A DNA stretch of 64,000 bases from Balamuthia mandrillaris (lineage: Eukaryota). Within the stretch, counting starts at the first letter, position 1. Each line of letters starts with the position of its first letter. The DNA lies in the NCBI GenBank assembly GCA_031835245.2, contig JAVKOQ020000026.1, positions 186,001 through 250,000 of the forward strand, read 5' to 3'. The notes under the pieces are model-generated. The model was not told the origin of the DNA. It was given only the letters and a program-made list of their open reading frames with translations, and made no database searches. Below are positions 11,310-23,752 of the stretch, piece by piece. The position numbers and the translations under genes are program-made.

Positions 11310-11412
11310 TCCTCTTATTAATGCGTGCTTACTTTTTTGTGGGAGATGGCTTTGGAAAAGTAAAAGCACTTTTGATAAAGCGAGATGCAAACCCTCTTCG
11401 CTGTTGTGCTCT

Positions 11413-13006
11413 TCAGAAGACGACCATTTTCTTGCGATCCGCTTTTATCTTTAGCCGAGTGCTGAGATGCTGTTCTCACAACATTAGAACCAGCTGCGAA
11501 CACAAAGAACGTAAACAGAAACACGCCAGAAAATCATTACCTTTGTGTTACTTTCCAGCTGTGCCTTTTGAGCTTCTAGTTTGTGGATCTGCCGCTTGAT
11601 GGAAGAAGCTAGCTTTGGGTCTCTTCCTCGGTTCCGCTGCAATGACTCTTGCAACCTCTCCAAACGAAGCTCCAGCTCCGTCATCGCTTTCTTCCTCCGC
11701 TCAATGCCCTCTTCCAATTCTTCTTCTTTCATCTTCTTCAACCGCCGTTCCTCCTCTTCTCTCCTCTTTTGCTTTTGTTGTTCGCTTTCCGACTCTGACA
11801 TCAAAGTTTTGTTGAGAATGCCAAAAACGTTTTCTCTCTCGGCCTCTTTTTCTCTTCTTTTTGCTGCTTCATACTTTTGTTTGTTGCGTAGTTTCTCTTT
11901 CTTTCTTTTCTTCCTTCTCTGCTCCTCTCCTGCATCTTCTTCCTCACCATCCTCTTCCAACCTCCCTCTCTTTCTGTCCTCATGTCCCAGTCCCAACAGC
12001 TGTTGCTTCATCGAAGGAGCAGCCAGACTTAGTCCCAGTGGTCTCGCTATGCCTTCACCTTGCTTTCCTAAGCCTGCTCCCTTTTTGTAGCCCATCTTTG
12101 CCAACATTCGCGAAGCAAACCCGGTCGTATGCTTCTCCCAATAAGCAATATCTTTGTGCTCTGACACTTCTTTGCTTTGGTGTTTTGTTGTAGAAGAAGA
12201 AGAAGAAGAAGAAGAAGAAAGAGAAGATGAGTCAAACAGGGCTTCTCGAACTTGACTGTGTTTCAAGGTGACGCCTTTGAACAGAATGTCCTCTGCGCGG
12301 ACTTCGGCTTCCAGCCCACCAAAGGAAGAGAAGCGGACCATAAAAGTGCCTCCCTCCGTTTTGTAGCAAAGGCGAGCGTCGTGCCATCGTCTATCTTTGG
12401 GACAAACGGCCCTGCAGTTGTTCTTGCTGTTCTCTTCTTCCACTTCCTTCTTCGTTGTATCGATGGTTTGCGTGTTTGTTGGTGGGTCGTTCCTGACTAT
12501 ATGAAGGCGAAGAAGAAGAACAAGAACAAGAAGAAGAAGAAGAAGAAGAAGAAGAAGAAGAAGAAGAAGAACAAGAAGAAGAAGAAGAAGAACAAGAAGA
12601 TGTTAACACGCCGATGGTAGCCGAGGTACAAAAGATGAAAAGATGGAAACGTACTGGGTAGGACTTCCCACAGCTCGTCCTCTCCATCCGCGAACATGTC
12701 AGGAACGTCCACCGATGTTCGTTTCCTCTTCTCCTCCTCCTCCTCCTCCGCTTCCTTTTCCTCCGCGGCCTGCAGGAGTTCGGCGGTGAGCTGGATGACT
12801 TCCAGCAATTCCTGCTGCGCTTGCAGCAGGGCCTCCCTCTCTTCCCCTTCTTCTTCTTGATGTTGTTGTTGCCCGCTCTTCTTCAGGAGCTCTTGCAGCC
12901 CTTCCATCTGTTCCCAATGCTGCAGCAGCTGTTGGCGTAGCCGTAGCGTGGTGGTGGCGGAGCCGCCGCTCCCCTCCTCCTCCTCTCTTTCATCTTTTTG
13001 TTGCAT
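11413..13006 (-). CDS. ZGPAT: G-patch domain protein, ZGPAT-like
   Basis: G-patch WEKHTTGFASRMLAKMGYKKGAGLGKQGEGI, a Tudor-like segment, an N-terminal LQAQQELLEVIQLT helix, and a last exon ending RKKMVVF* resembling the ZGPAT C-terminus. No CCCH finger seen. Confidence 0.7.
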
Positions 13007-13299
13007 TTTTTTGTTTGCTTTTTTGATTTTTTCAGAGTTCCCTAATAGGGTGGATAATTATTTGGAACCTAATAGTAGTTAATCATGGACAAATTGTGTA
13101 GTATTATTGAAGAAGTTGAGTTGAGTTGTGTAAGAAAAAGATCAGAAAAATTTTACTATAACGGTTTTTCTTTTTTGTTTTCTGAGAAAGCATTACCTTG
13201 CTCTCCCATACGATTATTTTTTTTTTTGGCTGGCTTCCTTGCAAAGACTTGGCTTATTCTTGGCCGTTCGTCCAGTTCTATCCGACGAGAAGAAGAAAA

Positions 13300-14475
13300 A
13301 TGAAGAGGCAGCAGAGAACGCGCAAACAACAACAAAGGGGAGAAGAAAAGAGGCCTCCCAACATGAAGAAGAAGAAGAAGAAGAAGAACAAGCACAAGAA
13401 GAGGCGGCCGCCAGGCTCTCGTGCCAACACGGCGAAAGAGCAAGCCCAAGAGTTCACCATCGAAAGCTACGCGAAGCTGGGCCTCGGCAACGGTCGCGGC
13501 GGGTGCCTTTGCAACCTCGGCGCCTCCGACTCTTGCCTCTACTTTGACGTGCTGCCCCCCGCCCTGGCCTCCTCCGCCGCCTTTGGCGCCCTGCTGGCGG
13601 GGGAGGTGCCCTGGGAGGAGCTCTTCAACCGAGGGAGGGCCGTGCCTCGCCTGGTCTGCACGCAAGGCGCCCGCACCGCCGCCGTGGAGCCCATCTACCG
13701 CCACCCCACGGACCGCCACTCGGAGGTGCAGCCATGGACGCCCACCGTGGCGGCTCTGCGGCAAGCGGTGGAGCGACACCTGCAAGAGCAGGAGCCGGCC
13801 AGGTCTCATCCGCTGAACCACGTGTTGATCCAATTGTACAGAGACGCCACGGACTTTATCAGCGAGCATGCCGACAAGACGTTGGATGTGCTGAGAGGTT
13901 CTCCCATCCTGAACCTCAGCTTGGGGGCGTCGCGCGTGATGGAGCTGCGCCCCAAGCAAGGAAACGAGGAGGAGGAGGACAAGGAGGAGGGTGAGGATGG
14001 AGAGGGAGCACAGATGCTCCAAAGGCAGAGGATCACCCTGCCGCACAACTCTCTGTTCGTTTTGGGGTGGGAGACGAACCGAAAGTTTCGGCATTCCATT
14101 CCAAAGGAGGATGAGGCGCGTGTGCCAACGGAGAGGAGGGAGGATGAGAACAGAGAGGAAGGCCGGCGCATCAGCCTCACCTTTCGGAGCATCGCCACGT
14201 TCCGGAGGTTCAAGGATGGGAGGCTGTTTGGGCAGGGAGCCAAGTGTAAAACGGAAAAAGAGTTGGACGATGAAAGAGGAGAGAACGCACAGGAGACGGA
14301 GGAAGAGGAGGCGGCCAAGCTGTTGTCGGCGTTCCACAGAGAGAACTCGAGGTCGGATTTTGAGTGGGAGAAAGCGTACGCGTCCGGATTCGATGTCATT
14401 GACTTCAGCATCATCAATAACGGCAGTAACGAAGATGCAAAACCAGATACCACTGTTGTTACAAAGGAAAGCTAA
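13300..14475 (+). CDS. AlkB-like 2OG-Fe(II) dioxygenase, intronless
   Basis: NHVLIQLYRD..D.ISEHADKTLD (HxD), LSLGASR, RHSI (distal His), RISLTFR. Confidence 0.85.
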   Translation: MKRQQRTRKQQQRGEEKRPPNMKKKKKKKNKHKKRRPPGSRANTAKEQAQEFTIESYAKLGLGNGRGGCLCNLGASDSCLYFDVLPPALASSAAFGALLAGEVPWEELFNRGRAVPRLVCTQGARTAAVEPIYRHPTDRHSEVQPWTPTVAALRQAVERHLQEQEPARSHPLNHVLIQLYRDATDFISEHADKTLDVLRGSPILNLSLGASRVMELRPKQGNEEEEDKEEGEDGEGAQMLQRQRITLPHNSLFVLGWETNRKFRHSIPKEDEARVPTERREDENREEGRRISLTFRSIATFRRFKDGRLFGQGAKCKTEKELDDERGENAQETEEEEAAKLLSAFHRENSRSDFEWEKAYASGFDVIDFSIINNGSNEDAKPDTTVVTKES

Positions 14476-14496
14476 AAAACAATCTTTGAAATCTCT

Positions 14497-15068
14497 TCAA
14501 ACTTCTCCTTCAGAGTCTTGTTCGTCTCCGTTTTCTTTCCCTTCAGATTCTGCTGTTTCCTCTTCTTCCCCTTCGGTTTCTGCTTCTTCTTCTTCTTCGT
14601 AGTCTTCTTCGTCGCTTCGGTTCAACAGTTTCTTGCATCGGAACCGCTTCACAAGAACAATAACATTAAACATCAGTTTCCGTTTTCGTGTTGGGCTTTC
14701 CAACGGTTGCTCCACTATTCCTTCTATTTCTTCTTCGTCACCCCTGCCACTTTCTTGTGCTTCTTCTTCTTCTTCTTCTTCTTCTTCTTCTTCTTCTTCT
14801 TCTTTTTCTGCCTCACCACTTTCCTCCTCATCTTCTTCTTCGTCTTCAGGTTTCTTTTTCGCTGTACAAACAAAAGAAGAAGCAGAAGCAGAAGACAGTT
14901 AACAAACAACACCAAATGATTGCCAAGTAATCGACTTACCCATCTGTTGAAACATCCAGTCCCTGTACATGGTTAACTTCTTGTCCGTTGGTCTTATTTC
15001 CTGCCATTCTTTAAAGCAGTCAACAACAGGTGGCGATAAAGAAGCGAAAGATGAATGTAGACGAACAA

Positions 15069-15125
<57 letters not shown>

Positions 15126-15527
15126 AACGACAAGAAAGAAAGAAACGACAAGAAAGAAACGACAAGAAAGAAAGAAACGACAAGAAAGAAAGAAAGAAAG
15201 AAAGAAAGAACGAAGACCGCGGAAAGAAGAGAAACAAACCTCCCAGAACAAACATGCGAAACGAGTCATCCGCATACTTGCCCAAATACTTGATGTCCTT
15301 GGGCGTGGTCCATTCGGCATGATAGTAGGCCAGGGATACGTAGCGGATGGCGGCCGCCCGCTTGTTGGCCAGCCCCAAGGGCCTCAACATGCCCACCATC
15401 TCCGCATGGCTGGCCACGCACATGGCGGAGGGCGTGGGCCACCGCTCGAACAGCCGGAAGATGACCGGCCGGACTTGTCTCTGCCCATGCGTCACATTCA
15501 AACACTGCCAAACGAACTTTCAGCAAA

Positions 15528-15592
<65 letters not shown>

Positions 15593-16149
15593 CGTTGAAC
15601 CATGCATGTGACAAGCATTTTCCATGGGTTTTGCCAAAAGGTCTCCTGTAGGAGGCCAAAGGGAGACTTGGGAGGGCTCCATCCCTCCTTTACCACCCCA
15701 CCCTGCCCCGAGCCACAGCGCCAAGAGGGATGGCCCTCCTTCTTACAATACACACAAATAGGAGTAGCAGCGGGTTGGACTTTGTCACCCACCACTACTT
15801 CTTTCTCTCTTGCTTCCGCCTCTTCCTCATCCTCCTCCTCTTGAGAAAGAGGAGGAGGAGAAGAAGAAGAAGAAGAAGAAGAAGAAGAAGGAGAAGGAGA
15901 AGAAGAAGAAGGAGAAGAAGAAGGAGAAGAACAAGCAGATGAACAAGAAGAAGAACAAGCAGCAGATGATGGATGGTGAGCTTCCTCCGGTGCACAACGT
16001 GGTTGTCCCAGCGAGACCCATCGCCGTTGCCTCGCGGTTTTGAGGCGTTGCACGTAGCCAAGCACTGCTCTGCTTGGTGGACAACAGCACGCAGAGGAGC
16101 CGGGCAGCTCTTCGCCATCATCACTCCCTTCCTCCTGTTTCTTCTCCAT
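14497..16149 (-). CDS. MBD4: MBD4-like HhH-GPD mismatch DNA glycosylase with CCHC zinc knuckle and acidic tail
   Basis: WSPPKSPFGLLQETFWQNPWKMLV, LRPLGLANKRA, LGKYADDSFRMF, PTDKKL..Y.DW. Knuckle CVYCKKEGHPSWRC. 3' exon boundaries are approximate. Confidence 0.85.
15068..15210 (+). repeat. Intronic (AAAG)n microsatellite with AACGAC interruptions; a second (AAAG)n lies at about 15530-15592
   Basis: Directly visible. Confidence 0.9.
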
Positions 16150-16425
16150 TGGGTTGCCAGCTGCACTACTTTTTTCCGGGAAAAAATTCAGGTGGAAACT
16201 TCAGAAATTGATCTCAGATGAAATGATCTTTTATTCAAAGGAATATCCTGATTGGCCCTTGCATCCAACCTAAAACAAAGGCCCAAACCAGGCGGCTCTT
16301 CGCAAAACAACGAAAGCTCTGCTTCGACGTCGAAGACCCCTCCCGCAAATATAAGATCCCCCTTGCAAGCCTTGATAGTAGGGAGGGGGTCAAGGATTGT
16401 TGCTTTCCTCCCTCTCTCTCTCTCT

Positions 16426-16533
16426 TTTCTTCTGAAGAAGAGGTTTCAGTTGAAGAAAACATTGGTTTGAGGTTTTTTCACTCCTTTAAGTTTAGACCAA
16501 TATTTTCAACTGAAACCTCTTCTTCAGAAGAAA
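16426..16533. repeat. Perfect 29-bp inverted repeat (hairpin) in a divergent intergenic region
   Basis: TTTCTTCTGAAGAAGAGGTTTCAGTTGAA (16426-16454) is the exact reverse complement of 16505-16533. Confidence 0.9.
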
Positions 16534-16654
16534 CAAAAAAAAAAAAAACGCCACCCGTCCCATTAACAAAACAAATGCTAGGACGTTACCCCTCCTCTGT
16601 TTTGTTTAAAGCTCAACAACAGGACCTGAACAAACCCCACCAGCAACCATCCAC

Positions 16655-17097
16655 ATGCAACTCACTGTGTTGTTATTGGTCATCATGGGTACGGCAGGCG
16701 GCCTTTCGGCGCTCTGTCACACTGCCTACTTTCTCTACAAGCTCTACACGGCCGGCCGTCGCCAGAGCTCATACTACTACAATCTCGACAACAGGCTGGA
16801 GGCTCACGAAGAGTACGGCAACAACGCCAGTTGTGACGGCGTTATAGAGCTGGATTCTAGTACGTACCCTTTTTTTTTGTCCATGCTTCGTTTCGTTTTT
16901 AACCGGTGTTAACCTCCCTAAAAGTGGAGGTATCATGTTGCATGGGGTGGTTGTGGAACAGCTGCACGGAGAATGGGGCCATGAAGAAGCGCACGTTCAT
17001 TGTTTGGTACCTGGTGGCGCTGGGCGTGGACTGCGTCCTCACCGCTACCCTCTGCCTTGTGGTCTTATTTCTGCTGCCTAGGGGTATCACGGTTTGA
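16655..17097 (+). CDS. Small hypothetical membrane protein, 2 exons
   Basis: ORF from 16655 splices (about 16860-16924) into the frame ending ...LLPRGITV*. Two hydrophobic segments. Confidence 0.55.
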
Positions 17098-17250
17098 CGG
17101 ATATCCTACTCCTCACTTCTGTTTGTTCTTCGACTAATCACCAAAAGAAGTACGCACGTGTTTTTTTTTAATTCGTCGTTGTGTGTTGCTGGGTTATGAG
17201 ACATCCTTTTCTGCACACGGCATCGTTGTCCAGTCTTTATGTTTGCTATC

Positions 17251-20200
17251 TTAGTTATCGTCGTCGTCATCATCTACTCCTTCATCGCCTCGTACCTCTT
17301 CGTCCCCTGCTTCGTCGTTGGCTTCACACAACAAGTAAGCAAAAAAAAAAAAAAAAATAAATAAATAAATAAATAAAAAGAGTAAGTTTTCAACAATAAA
17401 AGATGGTGGTACCTTGAAGAGGAAACTGAAAAGGTATAGAATCCAACGAAATGACAAAGTTAATGCCCTGCTGGATGCCATGCGCGAGACACTGGGGTCC
17501 TTGGCATCGAAAACGTGTCTCCACAAACTCACGGGAGAGCTCTGCCAAGAGGCCGTGATTGACAAACTGCATGGCGTGTTGGATTTCTTGCAGCCGTAGC
17601 TCTTGCTCCCCTGCAAAGCCCAACTCTTTCTCCGCATCCACTTTTGCCTTACCGTCAAGGGTTTTCGCTCTAACGATCGCTCTTCTCTTGTTCTTCGTAT
17701 CCTTCGTAGATTCCACCTCTTCTTTCTCGATTTTCTCGTTTTGATTTGCGATTGTAAAATCAATTTTGTCGGGATCTATAGTAGACACTTGTCCTTTGAG
17801 AAGAAGTCCGTCTTCGTAAGACAGCATAAGAGAAGGTATGTGAATCTCATCTTCAGGGTTGGTGAGACGTGGAATGGCTTCGCCGCCTGACATGGTGAAC
17901 GGCAGTTGATCTTCCATGTGGTTGATGACGACTGCAGCCTTCGCACCTAAGCTCTCCAATGTTTTTAACTTTTCCACAAACGTGCAGTTACCTCTCCATA
18001 TCAATACAAACTTGCCCGCTAGCTCTTCTTTCAACGCGTACCACCGTTCCTCTTCTGCTCCATTTTCATTACTGTTTTTGTCGCTCAAACTCGAGGAAGA
18101 AGAAGAAGAAGAAGAAGAAGAAGAAGAAAGAGAGGATGGAGTTGAATATCCGCACATAGAGCTTGGGATGTGGACTATCTCTCCTTCAAAGTTAGCAGCA
18201 TCACCGCCCACAGATTTTGATGCCATTGCGAAGGTTGGGCCGACAGCAGCTTCAACGCCTACAACAGTTAGTTGAACTTTTCCTTTCTCCTCTGTTTGCC
18301 GTTCTCGCTGTTTTCTCGTGGTTGTCGTCATGTGATGGATTTCTCGTTCTTTGGCTTGTATCAGTTCGTGCATTGCCTCTTCTTTGATATTCTTTTGCTG
18401 CTGCTGTTCCTTTTCTATCCGCTCAAGAACTTCTTGTTCTGCGCTGCTCATGTTGGCTTTCTCCTCTTCCAACTTTTGTTCTTGTGCCAGCTTCTCTTTG
18501 GCCACGTCTTTGATTCTTTCTTTGATTCGCTCCCGCACTCGATCTTCTCTCCTCTGGTTCCATCGTTCTGCTATAACCGTTATCTCTTCTCTCAAATTAG
18601 TTTCTTCTTCATTCCCCTCTTCTTCCAGCTCAACTTCGACAAGTTTTTCACCCCCTTCCCTCTTTGTTTCATCTTTCGTAGTTGCAGTTGTAGCTTGTGC
18701 TTCAATATGTTTCCAAACTCTCCGAAGTGTCAGCAAATCATCTCGCTGTAAGTTAACCAAGTTTTCTTTTCCAAACTGATGTAACTTGTTTGCTACTCGT
18801 TCCACTTTCATTTGTTCGTCTCGTTCCTCTTTTTCATTTCCTTCGTCCCTTCTTTGATCCGTTGTTATCGTCCAAAACCCCTCTTCTTGCATTATCGATG
18901 ATAACAACGAAGAGGCATCAATGTCTGACTGCATCCTGTTGGTCGCTGTACTCGCAGAGCCTGTTGTCTTTAAATAATCTGTTTTAGCTCCTCCAAAGAG
19001 TTCCTCTCGCGTTTTTCGTGGTGTTGCTTTGCTGGTTCTGGATTTTGGTTTTATGCCTTCTTTCTCTACCTTCTGTGCTGCTTCATTCTCTTCTTCGTTG
19101 TCTTCATCGTCTTCAATAATCCTCAATTGGAGTTGAACTAGACTTGGTCCAGTATAAAAATCGAGAGCGTCGACAGTGATCTCTTTCCCCCAAAGATTGA
19201 CAGGAATGTGCCCAACGACCTTCGGTGGCTGCCCCAGCGAATGTAGTTGGGATACTGAATATGAGGTAGAAGGTGCTGTCTCTAATATGAAGAAGGAGAG
19301 GGAGAGCCATAGAGGGTGAAACATCGGTAAGCAAAAAGTAAAACAGAAGAAGAACAAGAAGAAGAAAACCTGAATGAGGCGAAAGTGGAAATTGTTTTTC
19401 TTTTACACCAAGAATGTACAACGCTGTGTCGCGAGCATCTAGATCGTATCCCATAAGATCTCCCATCCAAGATAACGCTGGCAAGTAGCGGGGAGGCAGA
19501 GGACAAATCGGTGATAGCGTAGTGTTATGTTGTTTCTGTCGTTTGGACAATGCCGCATCGTTCGCTCTACCTCCCCTTTCTCCATTTTTTGGACGTGCTG
19601 TGCTGTGTGATGTTGTGTTTGTCTTGATCTGTTTCCCTTCTTCTCCGTTTCTCTCTTTCTCTATTTCGCGTTCTTGTTGCACTGTAGCTGATGGCCGACA
19701 AAGTTGTCCATCGCACATTCCCGTTTCTTCCTTCTCCGCTTCTGCTATAATTTCTTCGTTCTTCCCAACTTTCTTCTCTTCTTTCTCTGCCGTTTCTATT
19801 GTTTTGCCAAATACCGGAAAAAAATGTCCTTCCGTGCTGAATAGGAGGTCCTCTTCTTGTGCGAAGACATTCTTCTCATAGTCGAAAAGAAGGTAGAGAT
19901 ACTTGAGAGTCTCTGAGAGAAAGAAAGAGTCCATTCTGTCTTCCAAACGTGCTTTCTGAACATCTGCAACAGCGGCGTAACCACAAGGTGTTCTTGTTTT
20001 GCGAAGGTTTTGGAGGATGTGCTGTCCTACTTGAAGGTAATGCTTGTCTTTAGTGGCACCATATAGCATAAAGGTACTCTCCACAAGCTCTGGCCGCAAT
20101 GGGTAGCTCTTTCCATGGCCTATTTAATCGATGTAAGAAAGGAACAAAAAACAAAGAAGGAAGCAAGAATACAAGTGGAATAAATATAAATACCAGGACG

Positions 20201-20653
20201 AGCAGTCTTTTTGGATACATGAAACACCTCCGGCGTAAATCCAAACCGACTCCAAATGCTATAATATGCGGAGTGGGCTTCTATTGCTGTAGAAATATCT
20301 CCGTAGAGCACCAACAGACCTGGCCAAAAGGCTTGTAGGCTATCTACAGTTTCATCAACCACACCACCAGTGTCCATCGACACATCAAAGTACCAACTGC
20401 CTTGTTTGGAATATGTCATGATGGCGTTGTATGACTTCAAAGATGTGAAGAGACGTAAGCAGAAGAAGGATGAAGGAAGCAGGAGGAGAAGGACAATATA
20501 ATTACAGTGTTGAACATTTCAAAGTGTTCATCAGCGCCATATAGATAATAGGCTTTGAGCAAATATTCGTAGAAGGAATCAAAACCAGCACCAATTCCAC
20601 TCTTCCGTATTAGCCAAATTCCCTGTTTGGTGCTTCTGGTCAACTTACTTGTT

Positions 20654-20703
<50 letters not shown>

Positions 20704-21960
20704 CTTCTGAGTTACGTTGTGTTTTTTAACGTACGCTATTAACGTCTATAAGATTTCCCAATAACTGCGTTTTGGGTGACCGCCTTGCCCAAAGTTCTTG
20801 TATCGCTCGCTTTGTTACCTCCTCAAATACAGGAACCCCTGATAGCCGGCTCAGAGCCCCAAACTCCACCAGCAGCGTGCCCGCTCCCGCCAGGCATGTC
20901 TGTGTTGTCACTCCTGTTGGAACTCCTTTTCTATGTTTCGTTTCAAGAAAATAAAAGATATTGTTGATGGTAACCTTGAAGAAATGCAAATAGCATGAAG
21001 GAAGAGAGATACACACCTAAGATTTATGAGAGAATAAGGGATGCCAGTGGGAGTGTCGAAAGCAGGCAACAGCCTGTACCCCAAATCCAAAGCCATTTCC
21101 AGCAACACACCTCTGCCGGAACTTCCTCGATCGTAGTGGAAGCCCTGTTCTGGTAAAAGAAACCGTTCTGCCAGAATGTGAGAAGAGAGCAATCCTCCTA
21201 GCATGCGAATGGTAGTTTCAAACAGGGACACCGTCACATCTGTGTCGAATGTGATGGTAGAAGCTGCCAAGTTTACCGCCTTTTCGAACTCGCCCAAATC
21301 TCCAAATACCTGCGTTTTGTATGCAACATAAGGAAAGGGAGCCAATGAATAACAGGTCGCAACGCACCACTAGAGTATCCATGCTATCCACCAGCGTGAG
21401 AGAAAAACTGCGAAACAAGAGAAGGAAAGGAAAAAAGCAAGTAGAAGCAGAAGACGAAGAAGGAAGAAAGAAGAAACAAGAAAGAAAAAAAAAGAAGACA
21501 GAAGATAAGACAGTGTAGAAAAAAGCAATGAATGGAGGAGACAGTACTTGCCGAGTGCGTCATCCAGACTTCCACGTCCATGTTCTTGGCGATACCTGCC
21601 TGTACAAGAAAGAGGTTGTAACTCATCTGCGGGGAAAGCATGCCGTAGGTAGCCGTTCCACGCATGATAAAACATCTCCTTCACTTCCTCCCTGCATTCG
21701 ATTACAAAAACCTTTGAATACCACTGGCAATAGGAGCGAAGAACGAAGAGCCATCACAGTGTTTCACACAAAAAAAAAAGTAGCAACACAATCACAAAAA
21801 AAAAAAAAACGAACCTGAGCCTAGCTTTCTCCCGAGTGGTAAAGTAAGGAGTGCAGTAGCTATGTTGTGGAATGGTCACCGCAGCCAACACCAGCAACAA
21901 GACCAAAGACCTAGAGAAGCGTAGCAAAGGCATGCTGTGCTGGCCTCTCCCTCCGTGCAT
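17251..21960 (-). CDS. EDEM3: ER alpha-1,2-mannosidase-like protein (GH47 plus PA domain), EDEM3-like
   Basis: Signal peptide, [93 protein letters not shown]-domain RGNCTFVEK. Confidence 0.9.
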
Positions 21961-22155
21961 CGTGGGCCAGCCTTGTTTTTTTTCTGTTGCATGTCGACAT
22001 AAACAGTAGTTCCGCTGATGAATGATCGTGTCGACGTGAAACGACTTTAGGCAATTAATTCCCCCTAAGGTCGACAAAAATGATGATAATCTCTTTCCTT
22101 GGCCTTTGTTGTTAGCGGAAGTGTACCCCCCCCCCCCCCTATCTTGCACTCGAAG

Positions 22156-22691
22156 ATGAGCCTACAAGTAACGGTGAAGGAAGCAAAGAACCTCCTTGCA
22201 GCGGATTCCAACGGTACTCCTTCCTTCTTTGGTTGTGGATTTAAGCAGGTTGTCACACCAACCCTTCCCCTCAAACGATACCAAACCTCATAGGTTTCTC
22301 CGACCCGTTCGTTATTCTCTCCCTTCCAGGGCAGACACACAAAACCAAGGTCATCAAAAAGAGTGTACGTATGCTACTTTCTCTATCACTGACAAACAAT
22401 AACTCCTGATAACCCCAACAGCTAAACCCGGTCTATAACGAGAGCTTTACATTCTCCTTAAGTGAGCCTCACCACGACTACAAGAACCAAACTCTAAAAG
22501 TGGAAGTGCGAGACAAGGACTTTTTTGGCTCTGACGCGCTTGGTCAAGTGGACATCCCCTTGATTAGCCTGCCAGTGGATGCTGCGCAAGAGGAGGAGAA
22601 GTGGTACACCTTGAACAGGACCAGCACCGGCCAGATATTGATCGGGTTAAAGTTGGAAAGACCTCTTGCTGGTGTTCATTTCACGCCGTAA
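22156..22691 (+). CDS. Single C2-domain protein, copy 1 (3 exons)
   Basis: LQVTVKEAKNLLAADSNG-SDPFV..KTKVIKK-LNPVYNESFTF..VEVRDKDFFGSDALG. Confidence 0.85.
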
Positions 22692-22929
22692 GCGAAAGTC
22701 GCAACGAACGCTTTTCCCACAGGTCATTTAAATGTCCGGAGTGAAGAGCGGCCAGCGAGAGCCGCTCCCCATCTCTTGCAAAATAAAGGGGTCCAGCATG
22801 AGTCGACAGAAAAAATAAACACACGACACTACAGATTGTTTCGCGAAGCGTCACGATAAACCTGAAAATTATTGTTGTAACAAGAGAACAGAAAAAGAAA
22901 GAAGACCACAACCCAGTGGGGCGAGGAAG

Positions 22930-23609
22930 ATGAGCCTACAAGTAACGGTGAAGGAAGCAAAGAATCTCCGTGCCGCGGATTCCAACGGTACCCCTGTCTT
23001 GTTTTTTTGTAGCGGTCATGGTTGCCTCACATGCCTCTGCTTACCTCAAAGGACTTTCCGACCCGTTTGTAGTTCTATCCCTCCCAGGACAAACACACAA
23101 AACCAAAGTTGTCAAAAAGAGCGTAAGTAAGCAAACCTTTACTTAACCAACACAAAAAAAACAAGTTGAAATTACCAACAGAATGAAAGTCCAAGAGACA
23201 GTAAATGAAAGACATATGCAACATGGATAAAGAGAGCGAAGATACACTAACATTACTATCCCAGCTAAACCCCGAATTCAATGTGAGCTTTACGTTCCCT
23301 TTGAAAGAGCCTCATCATGACTACAAGAACCAAACCCTTCACGTGGAAGTACGGGACAAGGACTTTATAGGCTCCGATGCGTTGGGTCAAGTGGACATCC
23401 CTCTGATCAGCCTTCCGATTGACGCAACGCGAGAAGAAGAGAAGTGGTACACTTTAAACAAGACGGACACCGGAGAGATATTGCTGGGGCTGAAGTTGGC
23501 AAGGCCCATCGCTGGAGTGGACTTCACCCCAGTCTATGCGGCGGAGATCATCGAAGCGCGGCAAGAGGAGCAGCGAAGGAAGCGAAGCGACGCGGGGTTT
23601 CGATCGTGA
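22930..23609 (+). CDS. Single C2-domain protein, copy 2 (3 exons, C-terminal extension)
   Basis: Paralog of 22156-22691 with the same intron positions. VRDKDFIGSDALGQVDIPL. Confidence 0.85.
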
Positions 23610-23752
23610 TCCAATTTCAGATCGCCAATGGAAAATCAGACCCGGATGTCGACAACAATCGAAAAATTGACCTAAATAGGTTCCTCATTACTTTTTAAGG
23701 GAACAGAAAAAACATTGCCCAGTCGACAAAGAGAAACGATTAAACGCACGCG

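Noticed and set aside
13156..14337. Long antisense ORFs (also 34598-35383, 45789-46844, 55500-56414)
   Set aside because: These are shadows of GC-rich, codon-biased genes on the opposite strand and show no independent motifs.
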